Assembly: GCA_001179505.1 (NCBI GenBank)
Contig: CDMY01000176.1
Location: 1 to 64,000 of the forward strand
DNA: 64,000 bases
Direction of reading: 5' to 3'
Source: Vitrella brassicaformis CCMP3155
Taxonomy: Eukaryota > Protista > Chromerida
In this document: one piece after another, positions 1 through 11,554 of the stretch
Layout of the letters: every line of letters begins with the position of its first letter
Numbering within the stretch: the stretch's first letter is position 1
The notes under the pieces: generated by a model
Told to the model about the DNA's origin: nothing
What the model saw: the letters and a program-made list of their open reading frames with translations, nothing else
Databases searched by the model: none
Program-made: the position numbers and the translations under genes

Positions 1-215
1 GTCATGTGTCTGGATGGATTCGCTCTCGCTTGTCTATCGCCCTCGCGCGTGCGACTAGCTTCTGTCTGCGTGGGGGAGGGAGGGGAGGGTTTGCGGGACT
101 GGGGTGTGCTGATGGGGTGGGGATTGATCCCTCCTCCCCTTGAGCCTGTTTGACTCTGCGTGCTGATGGGACTGTATTTGTATGAGTATCACGGACACAC
201 AGACGAGTGTTACGG

Positions 216-1931
216 TTAATGACAGTTTCCCCCCAATATATATGCGATTCTAGACTTTCTTACCTTCAGATCGAGCCCGGAGAACTCCTCTATGAGATGA
301 AAAGCGATGAATGCCACCTCATGGCCCCACTTATCTGACGTCATCAGCCTACGGTCGCATAGCACACTCGTAATTGCAGGGACGAAGTTGGCCTTGACCA
401 GCCGTAGATAGCGTTTGTCTGACTCACGGCCACCTAATTCGAATCCATCTGAGCAGCAAACACAATCAAAGGCACAGTACATGACAATCGATCGATCCAT
501 CCAGTATAGGTGCTTACACGTGATGTTTGCCGGTAGTGAGAGGCCCATCATTACGTCCCAGTCAAACCTAGCTGCCTCGGGCCTCGTGGCGATCAGTCTA
601 GCGATGGCATCGAGTGTGTTGCTGTCGGCTGACATTGTTGTTGCAATCCTCTTAAGAGCTGCACATACAAAGAAGGACAACCGAGAAGTGAGTGTCGGTT
701 GCAGTTGATTTTTTTCTCACCCACCACGTCTGCATTGAACTCCCCACGCCGATATGTCGTCAGATTCTTCGTCTACGTACTCAAGGATGTGAACGATGGA
801 GCCGAGTAGACATAGGGCTTTCCACTGGACGAGGTCAACGACTGCCCCGATAGTAGATGATGTCAACGCACTCAGGAGGGGATCGATCTTGCTGGCAACA
901 TGCATCTGAAACGGCTGCTCGTACTCGTGAAGCTGACGAACATGCGCACGAGAATGCTCACAAACTGTTACTCAAAACAGCAAACAAAACAAAAACAGCT
1001 TCATGTGGTGTGTGCAGAGTAGTGATGTCTCTGTCTTGTGATGCCCTGATCTCCCCACTCATTCCCTCTTACCAACACGCTCGCCATCCTCGTTTGCAAG
1101 CGGGAAGTTCATCACGAGTGTCTCCATAATGCATCCCATTAAAGGTCTGCCATCGAACACCGGCGTCGCCTCGTTTAGCACGATATCCACAAGTACGCCA
1201 AAGAGACGCATCCAATAGGATGGAGGGCTCGCCCTGCTGCAGAGCGACCTCAAGAAGGCAGCAGCTGCTCGTCCAGCCCCGTCAGCATCACCCATCATTC
1301 TCACAACAGCCTCAGCTTGATCGATGACAGATCCATGCTCCGAAATGAGTATCTCGCGATAAGTGTCCAGACGCTCGGCCCATGCAGCGCTGGCCATGAA
1401 GTGAGGCATGAAGAGGCTGGCGAGATATATGAAAGCACGGTTGAGGACTGTTGGATGCGACGATGAGGTAAGCACCCTCTCCATAGTGACAAATAGTCGA
1501 CTTGCTTTTTCTCGGCCGATACGGAAGGCACATCCGCATTGCGAGAGAGTCAACAAGAGGCGCGAAGCGGCGATGTTAATGCCGTCCGGCGTCCACCCGG
1601 ACTCATCTTCGAGGCTCTCAGCCAGGCAGTAAGCGAGGGTCTTCAAGCGAGCCGATGCCTCCGTCAGCAGTCTGCGCACGACCTCAGGTCTTTGGGACTC
1701 ATCATCAATGTCTTCTGGAAGCACCCGGTCCAGCAGGTTCGAGAGGTTGTGGATACGCTCGCTTTTGATGATTGCAGAAGTGACGGTAGAAGTGCCGCTG
1801 GGACGGAATAGCCGGATAAGATTATCCACAGCCCCTCTCAGCTCATCAAGCGTGACGTCGTTTGTGTCCCCACGGCCGGCGGGGGTTGCACTGTGAGATG
1901 CGGCTGCACTTGCTTGACTTCCGCTGCTCAT
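216..1931 (-). CDS. Hypothetical ~510-aa alpha-helical (ARM/HEAT-like?) protein, 3 exons (~1931-1072, ~964-724, ~660-216)
   Basis: ORFs 1059-1931, 717-905 and 216-680 join in frame through phase-1 GT-AG introns (G|GTAAGA...TAACAG; G|GTGGGT...GTGCAG). No family motif recognised. Confidence 0.6.
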
Positions 1932-2329
1932 GCTGACTGCAGCTTCCTCAAGTTTAGCTCACAGCAGCAGAATCAACACACCGTCTCACCAAGCAGCAGC
2001 ACCATCTCGTGTTCTTCCCGACACCCCTCCTTCGCGGCTAAGCTCGCAGCTCCTCGACGGGGAGGAAAGGAAGGTGACTCGTCCAAGCATCTCGAGGGGT
2101 ATAGTGAAGCGGAATGGTGAATTTGCTCACGGAACTCCATCGGTGAGCGACGCGCACATCTTCACATTCATTGCATCGTGCTGGCTGGCTTCTGTGTCTG
2201 TCAGGGAGGCCGATGTCGAGAACTACGATGAAGAGATGCCGCAGTAAGCATCCACACACACACGGGAGAACAGATCTCACACGTGTCTGTCATGCCTCGC
2301 TCGCTGCAATCAATGCATTGCAGGTACCC

Positions 2330-3091
2330 TGGGCGAGTGCTGATATGGCACTGCACCAAGAAAGTGTGGCAGATGGGAGCAGTCCTCGGTATGTATGCGG
2401 CGAAGGATGAGATCTCTGTCTGGTCTGATGCTGAGAACATGTATGCTGCGTCCATCAGGCTGTGCGGGCACTGCCATTTATCTCGGTGTGCGGCGCCTCC
2501 CATTCCAGCCCTACTATTGGAATGCTGTAAGTGGCCGTTAGTTATGTGTATTGATTGACCAGCTGCAAGGCTTGCAATGCACTGGCATGTCAGGGCTACG
2601 TGTGCCTGGGTGTCAGCACGGCGCTTTGGTTCCCTGTCATGTTCCGCATAGCGTCGCTGGACGAGCCTGGAATTGATGACAGAGGCTTTCGACTCAGCAA
2701 GAATGAGGGGCAAAAAGATGTCGACAAGTGGGCCTTCGGAGGTGACCGAAAACTGAAAGCAGCAGATGGCAGGACGCCTACATGTGTTGGGTGCTTCCTG
2801 CCTTGATCGCGTGGTCGCTCAGGTGCCGTCATCACCCCCTTGTTTACCTCCCCGTTTGTGCCGACCTCCCAGAGCATCACATACAAGACGGCCGACAACG
2901 TCAGGAAGGTCAAGCCCGCCAGCGTCAACACCCTGCTGCCAATGCCCCGCGAGCTGGCTACGGCCGTAGCTGTGGGGTGCATTGTGGGCATGGTTGCCCT
3001 CATGATCGACTCCCGCACCCGACGGGCGGTGCGGGGTGTGAAGAATGCCATCAGGGACAAGGTGCAGGAGAAGGAGAGGCAGCAGCAGTGA
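2330..3091 (+). CDS. Small membrane protein, possibly DUF1757-like; multi-exon, 5' end uncertain
   Basis: Exon peptide DEPGIDDRGFRLSKNEGQKDVDKWAFGG resembles the GIxDRxxRLxxNxGQxxxD motif of DUF1757-type proteins. Last exon (CAG acceptor ~2822) has hydrophobic ATAVAVGCIVGMVALMI and a stop at 3091. Confidence 0.45.
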
Positions 3092-3356
3092 GGGAGGTGG
3101 TTTCTTGGGTGTGTGGAGGAATGGACACTTGCGATGTGCGAGTGGGGGTATTATGGCTCGTTTATGGGGTCGCGATTTGTCACGTGATTTGTCATCTTGT
3201 ACCATAGTCAGACCATCTCTGTCTACTCTGTGTGTGTGTCTGCGAGATTGAATGAAGTAATCCCATCAGTAAAACGACGACGAAAGTGCACATGGCATCA
3301 ATCACATTGCACAAATGTGCAGCCATCCATCCACGTATCCATGGATGCATCCGTCG

Positions 3357-4532
3357 TCACGAGAAGAGCTTGTAGAGTTGGTTGGACCCCTTGCCGCTCT
3401 GGAACGATATGGCCGTCTTCGACTGATGAAGCCACACAACCACATACACACACACACACGCATCCAATCCACACACCACCTTACTTCAGGAGCGAGTGTG
3501 TGGAACTTTGCAAAGTACAGCCACGTGAAGAGCACCCCAGCAGCGAAGCCGAACACATGACTCTCCCACGATACATCTGGTGAGAGACACAGCAGACAGG
3601 CAGGAAATAACGACAAAGCCTCGCTAATCTGTGTTTGTGCAGAGGCCTTTTCGAGGCGTCTCACCCACCGCTCTTGAGGCTGAGTACTTGGCAGAACATG
3701 GCACAGACCATGGACCCGTAGAGGAAGATAGTGACCAGGAGCACCGCCACAGCTATCCAGTCAATCGGCCTCACCCATATCACCTGCCGCAACCAAAGTC
3801 GGAACAGTGCGCGCCCCATGCCCGAGTACGTGTCCCACTCTTGCCTCACCTCACTGATGAGAAACGCCAAGTAGCTGACGGACACAGAGCACGAGGCACA
3901 AAAGACATAATGCCGTCACAAGAAGTCTGTCTCTTCCGTTCTACATCGGTACCCAAAGAGCACACCCGACAGGCCAGCATGGTTGCTGTCTGGTCTTGGA
4001 GACAGCAGCCAGACGAGCAGCCCGCCGACCAGTGAAATGAAGACACTCGCAAGGGCAAACACTGAAATACCATACGTCGCCATCCCAGTAGCCAGACCAA
4101 ACCAACCTGCACGAAGCGGACCATTAAAACACCAGCTGCTGCTCACATCACATCGATTACTAATCATATTCTTGAGAAAGTGGAAGAGATTCCAGTGGGC
4201 CCATGGAGACAGCAAGAGGCCGAGGAGACCTCTGAGTGACCGAGGCTTGATGGAGCAGAATTGGGCGACTGGAATGCGGACAGTTTGCATGATGACCAGC
4301 GCCAGCATGATGATCGGCGGCAGGGTCAGCAGGAGCAGATATCGCCTTTTGGCCTTGGGATTGTCGAGGTCAAATGCATCCTGCAGGCCAGAGGCAATGA
4401 GGGGTCGGGAGATTCATCATGGCCATCTTTGCTGCAAGACACAAGCCCCACCTCGATGACGTTCCCGTCCAGGCTGAGCTGCGTTTCCATCTCCCGGGTT
4501 CTGCGGCCACTCGAGGCGGTCTTTTCAAGCAT
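3357..4532 (-). CDS. Rhomboid-family intramembrane serine protease, multi-exon
   Basis: Spliced peptide has IKPRSLRGLLGLLLSPWAHWNLFHFLKN, catalytic GxSG (NHAGLSGVLFGY, ~3955-3985) and catalytic His (VSWESHVFGFAAG, ~3540-3580). Terminal exon SKTAISFQSGKGSNQLYKLFS* ends at 3357. Start codon uncertain. Confidence 0.88.
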
Positions 4533-4739
4533 TCCGAGAACCTGCAGGACAAACACACGCAGATGTGCAATGGAGGGGCTCACATCTTTGCATGTGGAGA
4601 GCCGTACCTTAGCTGCTGGGATGGCTGTTGGTTTGCTGTGGTGACGGGCTGGCAGCACTTCTCCACGTACGCCTTGCCTCCCACCACCTGATCGAGTAGC
4701 AGGAGTGGCATGCCACACGGCGGCCAAAGGCAGTGCCCC

Positions 4740-4960
4740 TTTGTGCATGCCCGCGTCGGTTAGCGGCTGCAGGAAAGTGTGATTCGCAGTGCTGAAGTCC
4801 ACCGCCAGCCTCCCATCGGCGACTTTGCAGACCATCGCAACCAGCGACCCGGAGATGAAGGGAATCCACGCAGCCATGGTCTGTGCTGTGTGCAGATATG
4901 CACTGCCTCGGACACATGCATGCGATCGCCTTTCTGGGGGCGGAGACTGCGACCCCCCCC
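4740..4960. repeat. Diverged direct duplicate of ~6990-7170
   Basis: Shared CCGCCAG.CTCCC.TCGGCGACTTTGCAGACCATCGC, ATCCA.GCAGCCATG.T and ATGCGATCGCCT..TCTGGGGGCGGAGACTG. Minus-strand peptides MAAWI..MVCKVADGRLAVDFSTANHTFLQPLTDAG vs MAAWI..MVCKVAEGSLAGDCRAANDTFLQPLTDAG. Confidence 0.85.
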
Positions 4961-5031
4961 CCCCGCGAGACTGGAGAGATTCCTGCGACAGAAGCACCGT
5001 CTGCTGCTGCTACCGAACGTCATTGTTGAGA

Positions 5032-6229
5032 TGTCAATGTCCCCTGCCCACCCCCCAATACGACCCGAAGGGCTACTACGCCCTCCTCGGCGTCCACCCC
5101 ACGGCCACCCAGGCCGACATCAAGAAGGCGCGCGATGCCATTCTGCTGGTGGGTGACGCGACTAATCGCACACACGGGGGTGAATGGAGGGCAGGAGAGG
5201 CTCTTTTGCAATGGTGTCGCTCCAGTGGCTCATCCCCCGTCTCTTCTTCTCCTCCCGTGTCTGTGTGTGTGGTGCAGAGGGGCGGCCACCCCGACAAGAC
5301 ACCCGCTGCCGACAAAGAGCCCAGCACCCGCCACTCCCAGGCCGTCAATGAGGCCTACGCGGTCCTCAGTGACTCCAACAAGAGGCGCGCGTACGACACG
5401 CCAGAGGTGAGCACACTTGATGCCGTCCACTGCCCCTTTTTGCTCCCACATCTGCTCTCTCTCTCTCTCTCTGTTTGTGTGTGTGTGTGGAGATGCAGCC
5501 ACGGAGGGTCATCTATGCACGGAACGCCGACCCCCACTATGCGCCGCCCAACCCCAGGGATGATGATGAGTGGAGAAGACGTGTGGCTTATGTAAGGACG
5601 AAAGGCCAGCTCCCTGCCAGTTGAGGTGATTGTTGATGGTGTCTCGCTTCTGTCTGTCTGCCTTCGCAGGTACACAAGTGGGAGACGGGTCAAGAGAGGC
5701 TTCCTACGGCCGCAAAAATGCCACAGGTGAGTACGCACGACACGCTACATCTTTTTCCTCCACGCACCCGATGCCGTCTCTTCATGTGCAGCACCGACTT
5801 GGATGTCACCGCCCGCCCTTCCCTTACCCGCGCTTCCCTTACCCGCCCCCTCCCGCCCACCACACCCCTCAGCGGCCGGCCGACTTGTACCCCAAGGTCG
5901 TTACGGCGGCGTCTGCGGCGAGGATTGGCATCAGGGAGGAGGGCTGGTACGAGAACGAGGCCACGGGGGACATGGAGTATTGGCAGAGATACGAGGAGGG
6001 CGGCTGGAGAGTCACGAGAGAGGATTCCGACTTTTTCTCTCAGCTGCACTCGTTCGGTGCCAGCGCATGCACAGCATGCCAAGGCTGCCGAGACGGCTGC
6101 AAGGTGGCCGCCGACAACTGCCGAGAGGCGGCAAAACAAGCCGCAGAATACTGCCGACAGAAGGCGGCGGAGGTGGGGGCATATCTCAAACGGTGGGCGG
6201 TGCAGATGATGCAACCATGCAGCCATTAG
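5032..6229 (+). CDS. J-domain (DnaJ/Hsp40 class C) protein, ~5 exons
   Basis: YDPKGYYALLGVHPTATQADIKKARDAILL | RGGHPDK...AVNEAYAVLSDSNKRRAYD, with the HPD motif. Downstream exons ~5491-5590, 5670-5726 and 5791-6229 join in frame. Start unresolved. Confidence 0.85.
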
Positions 6230-6779
6230 CACACCCGCCGTCCAGCAGCCCACCCACAGCACCTGCCGAGCCCCTCCTGGCGCACGTCGGCCATTTGGGG
6301 CCTTGTGTGAGCGCGTGTCGTGTGATCGTGTCTACCATGGACTCTGCGTGTCTGGGTGGTGTCGGGGGATTGTGGGTGGCTGGGACGGTTTTGCTGATAT
6401 GTCGCGCTGTGAGTGGCTATGTAAGGGGCGCGTTGTGCACTCATCGCTTGTGGAAGCGATGGGCTGTGCGCGTAAGCTTTCCATAGCCACTCCGGCGGCC
6501 GACTGGCAGGCCCGTCGATGGGCGCGACTGCGGCGCGTGGATGGGCCTGTCTGCGTGTCGCGCGTGATCGTCGTGGTGTGCCAGTCTGTCGGCCAGACAA
6601 AGGGGCTCGGACACACTGCGGTGTGCTGTGTGGATGGATGGATGGATGGATTGATGGACGAAGGTGTCGTTCAATCGACTGACAAACGCATGTTGCGTCA
6701 GAACAGATCGCGTCACACGCATGTCGCGTCACACACAAATGCACCCACCCAACTTGTGCCAAATATAAATCCACATATC

Positions 6780-8070
6780 GATGGATGGCATCTCTTTCGT
6801 GTGGCAGGCACACCACGATAGACACCCCTTCACCGACATTGACAGCACGCAGGCAGGCAGGCACGTTGGCAGCGGCAATATATTGGGCAGCGGTTCTCCG
6901 CCTTTCCTCCCAACACCTAAGGGTAGCAGGAATGGCATGGCACAGGGCGGCCAAATGAACCACTCTGCAATGCCCCTCCGTCCATACCTACCCGCGTCCG
7001 TCAGGGGCTGCAGAAAAGTATCATTTGCAGCGCGACAGTCCCCCGCCAGACTCCCCTCGGCGACTTTGCAGACCATCGCGAAGGAGACCAAACAGATCCA
7101 TGCAGCCATGATGGAGAAGTCAGAAGGGAAAGTTTCGATGCATGCGATCGCCTCCTCTGGGGGCGGAGACTGAGCCCCCAGTGAGAGGGTATGTCGGGCG
7201 TCAGAAGCACATCTGCTGCCGTCGAAAGCCTGCATGATGGCTGAGATTTTGACGGCGAGATTTGTTTTCTCGACGGAGAGACAGGACGAGACAAGACCGC
7301 ATTTTATTTTGTGAGCAACTCCGGACATTCACAATTTCTGTCCGAGTTCGGTTTCTCAGCCTTCTCTCAGCCACAGATCCCCCGTTCCTTTTTCTCTTCA
7401 CCTGTTTTTTGGCTTGTGTGGTCCGCCCCATCCCCTCCCACCCCTCCCAACTCGTCCTGGAGGAGTCCTCCACCGCCGTGCCGTGAGCGAGGCCGCAGCC
7501 GGTGGCGCCACCCGCCGTGCCCTGAGCGGGTGGCGACCGCCTGACACCTGTCTGGCGTCAGCTGAGCGCGCGCACGACTTCTTTTGTCTTCGAAGCATCC
7601 TTTCAGGTGAGTACAGGTGAGTACACGTGTCATGCCTTTGAGTTGGCTGCGGTGACGATATGGTGTACGGAGGATGTTCAAGGATAGCTGCGTGGCATGT
7701 TGATGCCCTGTTGGCATGTTGATGTGCAGGTGAAGCTTTGGTCTCCTTGACGAAGGGTATCCGAACCGTCAAGAAGTTTGACCTTTTCTCGACAAAGTCC
7801 TCACAGGTGAAATATGAATCTGTTGTACGGTTGCACACTGACTTTATCTTTACTACTTCACAGACCAGTCTTTCCAGGATGATCTCAATCGGCGCCGCGG
7901 CGACATTTTGCTTTTTCTCGACGGAGAGACAAGACGCTTGGTATTTTGTATCGCTGGGCATTCAGATTCAGGTGGTTCAGGTTTTGCTCCTTTCTGAGAT
8001 GATTCATCGACGCCCCTTCTGCAAACGGCAACGGAGGTGCCCAATCACGTGCTGTTCCGGTTGCTGAGCT
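6780..8070 (-). other. Probable degenerate or hypothetical multi-exon gene; source or paralog of the 4740-4960 block
   Basis: Protein-like ORF pieces 7398-7961 and 6729-7328. Internal repeat TTTTCTCGACGGAGAGACA at ~7266 and ~7914. No coherent spliced model found. Confidence 0.3.
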
Positions 8071-8329
8071 CACCTTCAGAACATCGCAACTCTATCAAAT
8101 CAAGGTCCGCCCGCACACATATATATACAGTCGCTCGAAGGGGCTGACCGAACGGAAGGATGAGCTCCACTTGACCCCTGATCTCTCTCTCTGTGTGTGT
8201 ATGTATGTGTGCGTGTGCCTGTCGTGCAGTTCCACGTTCGGCTGTCGTTCTTGTTGTATTACTGACGAAAAAAGACAAGAACACGTGTCATCATGTGTGT
8301 TGCGTGCATGTGATGACTTGCAGCGTCAT

Positions 8330-8910
8330 TTGAGCCCGATCCGGAGCAGCCGTCATTGATTGCGATCACGCAGTGTGCACGCAAGACCGCGTGAGTGATC
8401 CATGTCCTCACACGGCGTGTTCCATGAGGTGGGATTGATTACTTCGTGCAGGTTGCTGGGGAGATGGCCTTTCAGAACGTCTCATCGCACAAGAACATCC
8501 TACCGGTGAAGGACATCCGATACGAGCGCGGATTTCTGTACATGGTGACACCAAAGTGTGACAAGACCCTCAACTCATTCATGATCCGCAGGTGGACAAA
8601 GACAAGACCGAAACGAGAAATCGAGAGATCTCGACTCATGGATTCATCTCGATCTGTGTTGTCATGCAGTGGTCCTCTCAGCGAAGCGCAGGCAGCCGAG
8701 TTGTTCGGTCAGATATGCGAGGGGGTGCTGGCCGTGCACATGTCGTGAGCAGGAAGAGATCAGTCTTGAGCATCCCTTGCAACCCTGACACACATGACCG
8801 ACCGGATGTGCTCTCTTGTCACAGGAATCTCATCCACTGTGACCTGAAGCCAGAAAACTTCTTCATGCGCGGCGGCACCGTCCTGCTCGCCGACTTCGAC
8901 CTCTCCTCGA
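8330..8910 (+). pseudogene. Truncated protein kinase fragment (subdomains ~II-VII)
   Basis: Exons give HKNILPVKDIRYERGFLYMVTPKC | GPLSEAQAAELFGQICEGVLAVHM | NLIHCDLKPENFFMRGGTVLLADFDLS. No activation segment/APE or later subdomains; sequence runs into a repeat module at ~8950. Confidence 0.8.
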
Positions 8911-9122
8911 TCAGACTCACCTTGGCCCGATCTGGATCGGGGGAGGAGAGTTCGAGCGAGATGGGCAACAGACTTTGCCCAGGCGGTGTCGTGTGGGGGC
9001 GGTTGGAGGGGTGCTGCTGCTGTTGGCGGCAGAAGCCTCTCCACCGCCCTCAGGCGACGACAGGACCCCCCCAGCAGCCCCACCAACAGGAGCGACAAGG
9101 CGGCCTCGGGCTAGGGGGTGAG

Positions 9123-10250
9123 ATCTAACACGAGGATGGGGTGGATGGGCAGCTAGGCCACACTACTCACCTCTCCGTGTGCCGAATGGATGCCTTTGCC
9201 TGTCTGTCAGGGGATGACACGGACGAGGACGGGGAGAGTGAGGGCGAGGGCAAGCCCGGCGAGCACCAGCAGCAGCGGCCGCCACAGCAGCCCGCCCAGG
9301 TAACACGAAGACGCACAGACAGAGCCCAGCGTCTCATGGCCCTTTCTGTCCCTGCCTGCTTTCAGGTCATCGTTGTCTACATTTTATATTCTGACGGCGA
9401 TTGTCTTCAATGCCCCGCGCACCAACAGGACATGTAGGCACGTTCGTTTATAAAAAACACATAAATGCACAGAGTCTGTGCGTGGGGTGACGATTGGTGG
9501 TTGTGTATGTGTCTCGGTGTGTCTGCAGGCCCGCAAGTCGACTGCCCCGGCCGCGCCTGACACAAAGAGCGGTACGAGTGTCCTCCCACCCATCAGACAG
9601 ACAAACAGCCAGAGAAAGAGGCAGAAGGCAGACAGTTATGTGTGTCCATCAGACGGATCGGTCGAGCTATATAGTGGGCGGCCGACCACGAGGACGACAC
9701 CATCACACCCCTTCTGAAGGAGGAGGAGGCGGCCGACCCCGAGTGGAAAAAGACTGCGCCCATCCCCCGCCTGCATGCCCTGATCAACCAGCTGCTCGAG
9801 GCCGAGGGTATGTGTGCCTGTACTCAAAAGACACACACATCACTGGAACCAGCCCACGCCGAGTTCCAATCTCCTGTATGCTATGCCTGTCGAGCAGAGA
9901 ACAAGAAAGAGAAGGCCGACAAGGAGAAGACGGGCAAGGAGGGAGAGCGTGAGAGAGGTGGGAAGCACGGTCATGCATCTGTGAATGGTACGGATCTGTG
10001 TATGTGAACATTCTGTTGCTGTGGATATCAGGGGCGTCGGGCGTGTGGGATGCAGTCGAGGCACCCAAATCAGAGGGGCCGACACTGGGCCAAGGTACAC
10101 CCCCATTCACACGGCAGGGGGCAGGGAGAGGCGACTCACATCCATCCATCTGCGCATTGACCTTCATGGCTCTCTCTCCTTTCTGTCCTTCAGGGGGCCA
10201 GAAGGTCTCAAAGCGGCAGCAGCGGCAGGTACACAACAACGCGCTCAGCC
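9123..10250 (+). repeat. Segmental duplication copy, paired with ~16967-18090; partial copies at ~15025-15640, ~18790-19210 and inverted ~46270-46690
   Basis: Colinear near-identical blocks from GATCTAACACGAGGATGGGGTGGATGG to AAGGTCTCAAAGCGGCAGCAGCGGCAGGTACACAACAA.GCGCTCAGCCA in both copies. Confidence 0.92.
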
Positions 10251-10327
10251 AGACAGACAAACAGGCCGCGACAGAGCCCCTTTATCTATCTCATGACGGT
10301 TCTCTGCTTCCCTACCGCCGTAGTATC

Positions 10328-11500
10328 GATACGACGCATCCAGCAACGGTACGGTAGCCACCTTGATTGACAGACACCTAGGCAGCAAAACACACACACG
10401 TTCACACAGGCATGTCATGTGCCCGCCCTCTGTCGCTGCGCTGTCCTTTCAGAGTTGCGTCACGAGACGTGCAGCGCCTCCAATCCCCACCCAATGCGGC
10501 TCTCACACCACGGCGGCCTGCACTACGACTCGGTCACATAATCTAAGAAGCAACCAACGACCCAGCCATCCATCCGACTGATGCGACTCTGCGTTGTGTG
10601 TGCCCACATCAGATTGTCCTCTGTCACGGCCAGCGCCCCCTCACCACGGCTGCACCAGGGGTAAGACACGCTGACGGGGCTTTCGCAAAGGCATGTGTGT
10701 CATTGCTGGCTCTGGCTGGCTGTCTCACTCAGGCTTTGGAGAACCGTGCCATCAGGCGGGCAAACAGGCGCAGAGAGGTGAGTGACAAGCCGACGAGGAG
10801 TAGTGCAGTCGAGCTGTTAACAGGTCTGGCTGTCTTGTGTGTCCGGGACCTGCATGCCCCGGTGCAGGGGGACGGCACGCAGCCCCACGGCATCCCCAGC
10901 ATCGGCTGCCTCGCCCTCAACCTCAAGGAAACCAAACCTCAAGCCACAAGGTCGGTCGACACCGACACCGACACCTACCTTACACACACACATACATACT
11001 ATCCCCCCTCCCTCCCTGCCTCCTGGCTGCGCATATGGTTGGTTGGCATCTGTCAATCAGGATGACGGAGGTCCTGCAGCTCGCCCGTCTGCTGCCGCAC
11101 CGCCTGCCGGCACAGATCCCGCCCTCCTACCTGGCTCCCGTTGGTGGCGAGCCTGCTCGACAGCCTGCTCGCCCACCGCCTCAGTGTCGAGGACCGGTTG
11201 CGCAAGGACCTCGAGGAGCCCCATCCCGTCTCAACCGACGAGGTGAGTGAGTGACGGAGGGCGGTCAGCCAGCCAGGCAGACAGGCAGGGAGACGGACAG
11301 TTAGGTTGGGAGGAAGGGATTAGTCATGGCCGCCGTAGAGCAGTAGCACGGTAGCTGTGCTGTTTTTTCACATGTACGCCTCCACCTTACCCCATCCTCG
11401 TCCGTCATCGATTAGGCTGATTTGGATTTCTTCAAGTGCGACCAGCGCAATGATCGCCCCCGCACTGAAGACCAGGTACAGCACACACACACACCAGGTT
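10328..11500 (+). pseudogene. 5'-truncated inverted duplicate of the OTU gene 3' half (49380-50560)
   Basis: ORF 10363-10581 is almost identical to the end of ORF 50311-50610(-). Keeps the His-box PMRLSHHGGLHYDS|[16 protein letters not shown] but lacks the DGNC exon. An 11-nt deletion at ~11150 relative to the 15.9-kb copy shifts the frame. Confidence 0.85.
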
Positions 11501-11554
11501 CTTACATCGAGAGTCGGTGTCGTTGTGTCTCTGTGTTGCCAGAGAAAGGCCCAG

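Noticed and set aside
1929-1932. Overlapping divergent ATGs in one CATG (minus gene at 1931, plus ORF at 1930)
   Set aside because: ORF 1930-2247 has no protein-family signal; a palindromic CATG gives this by chance.
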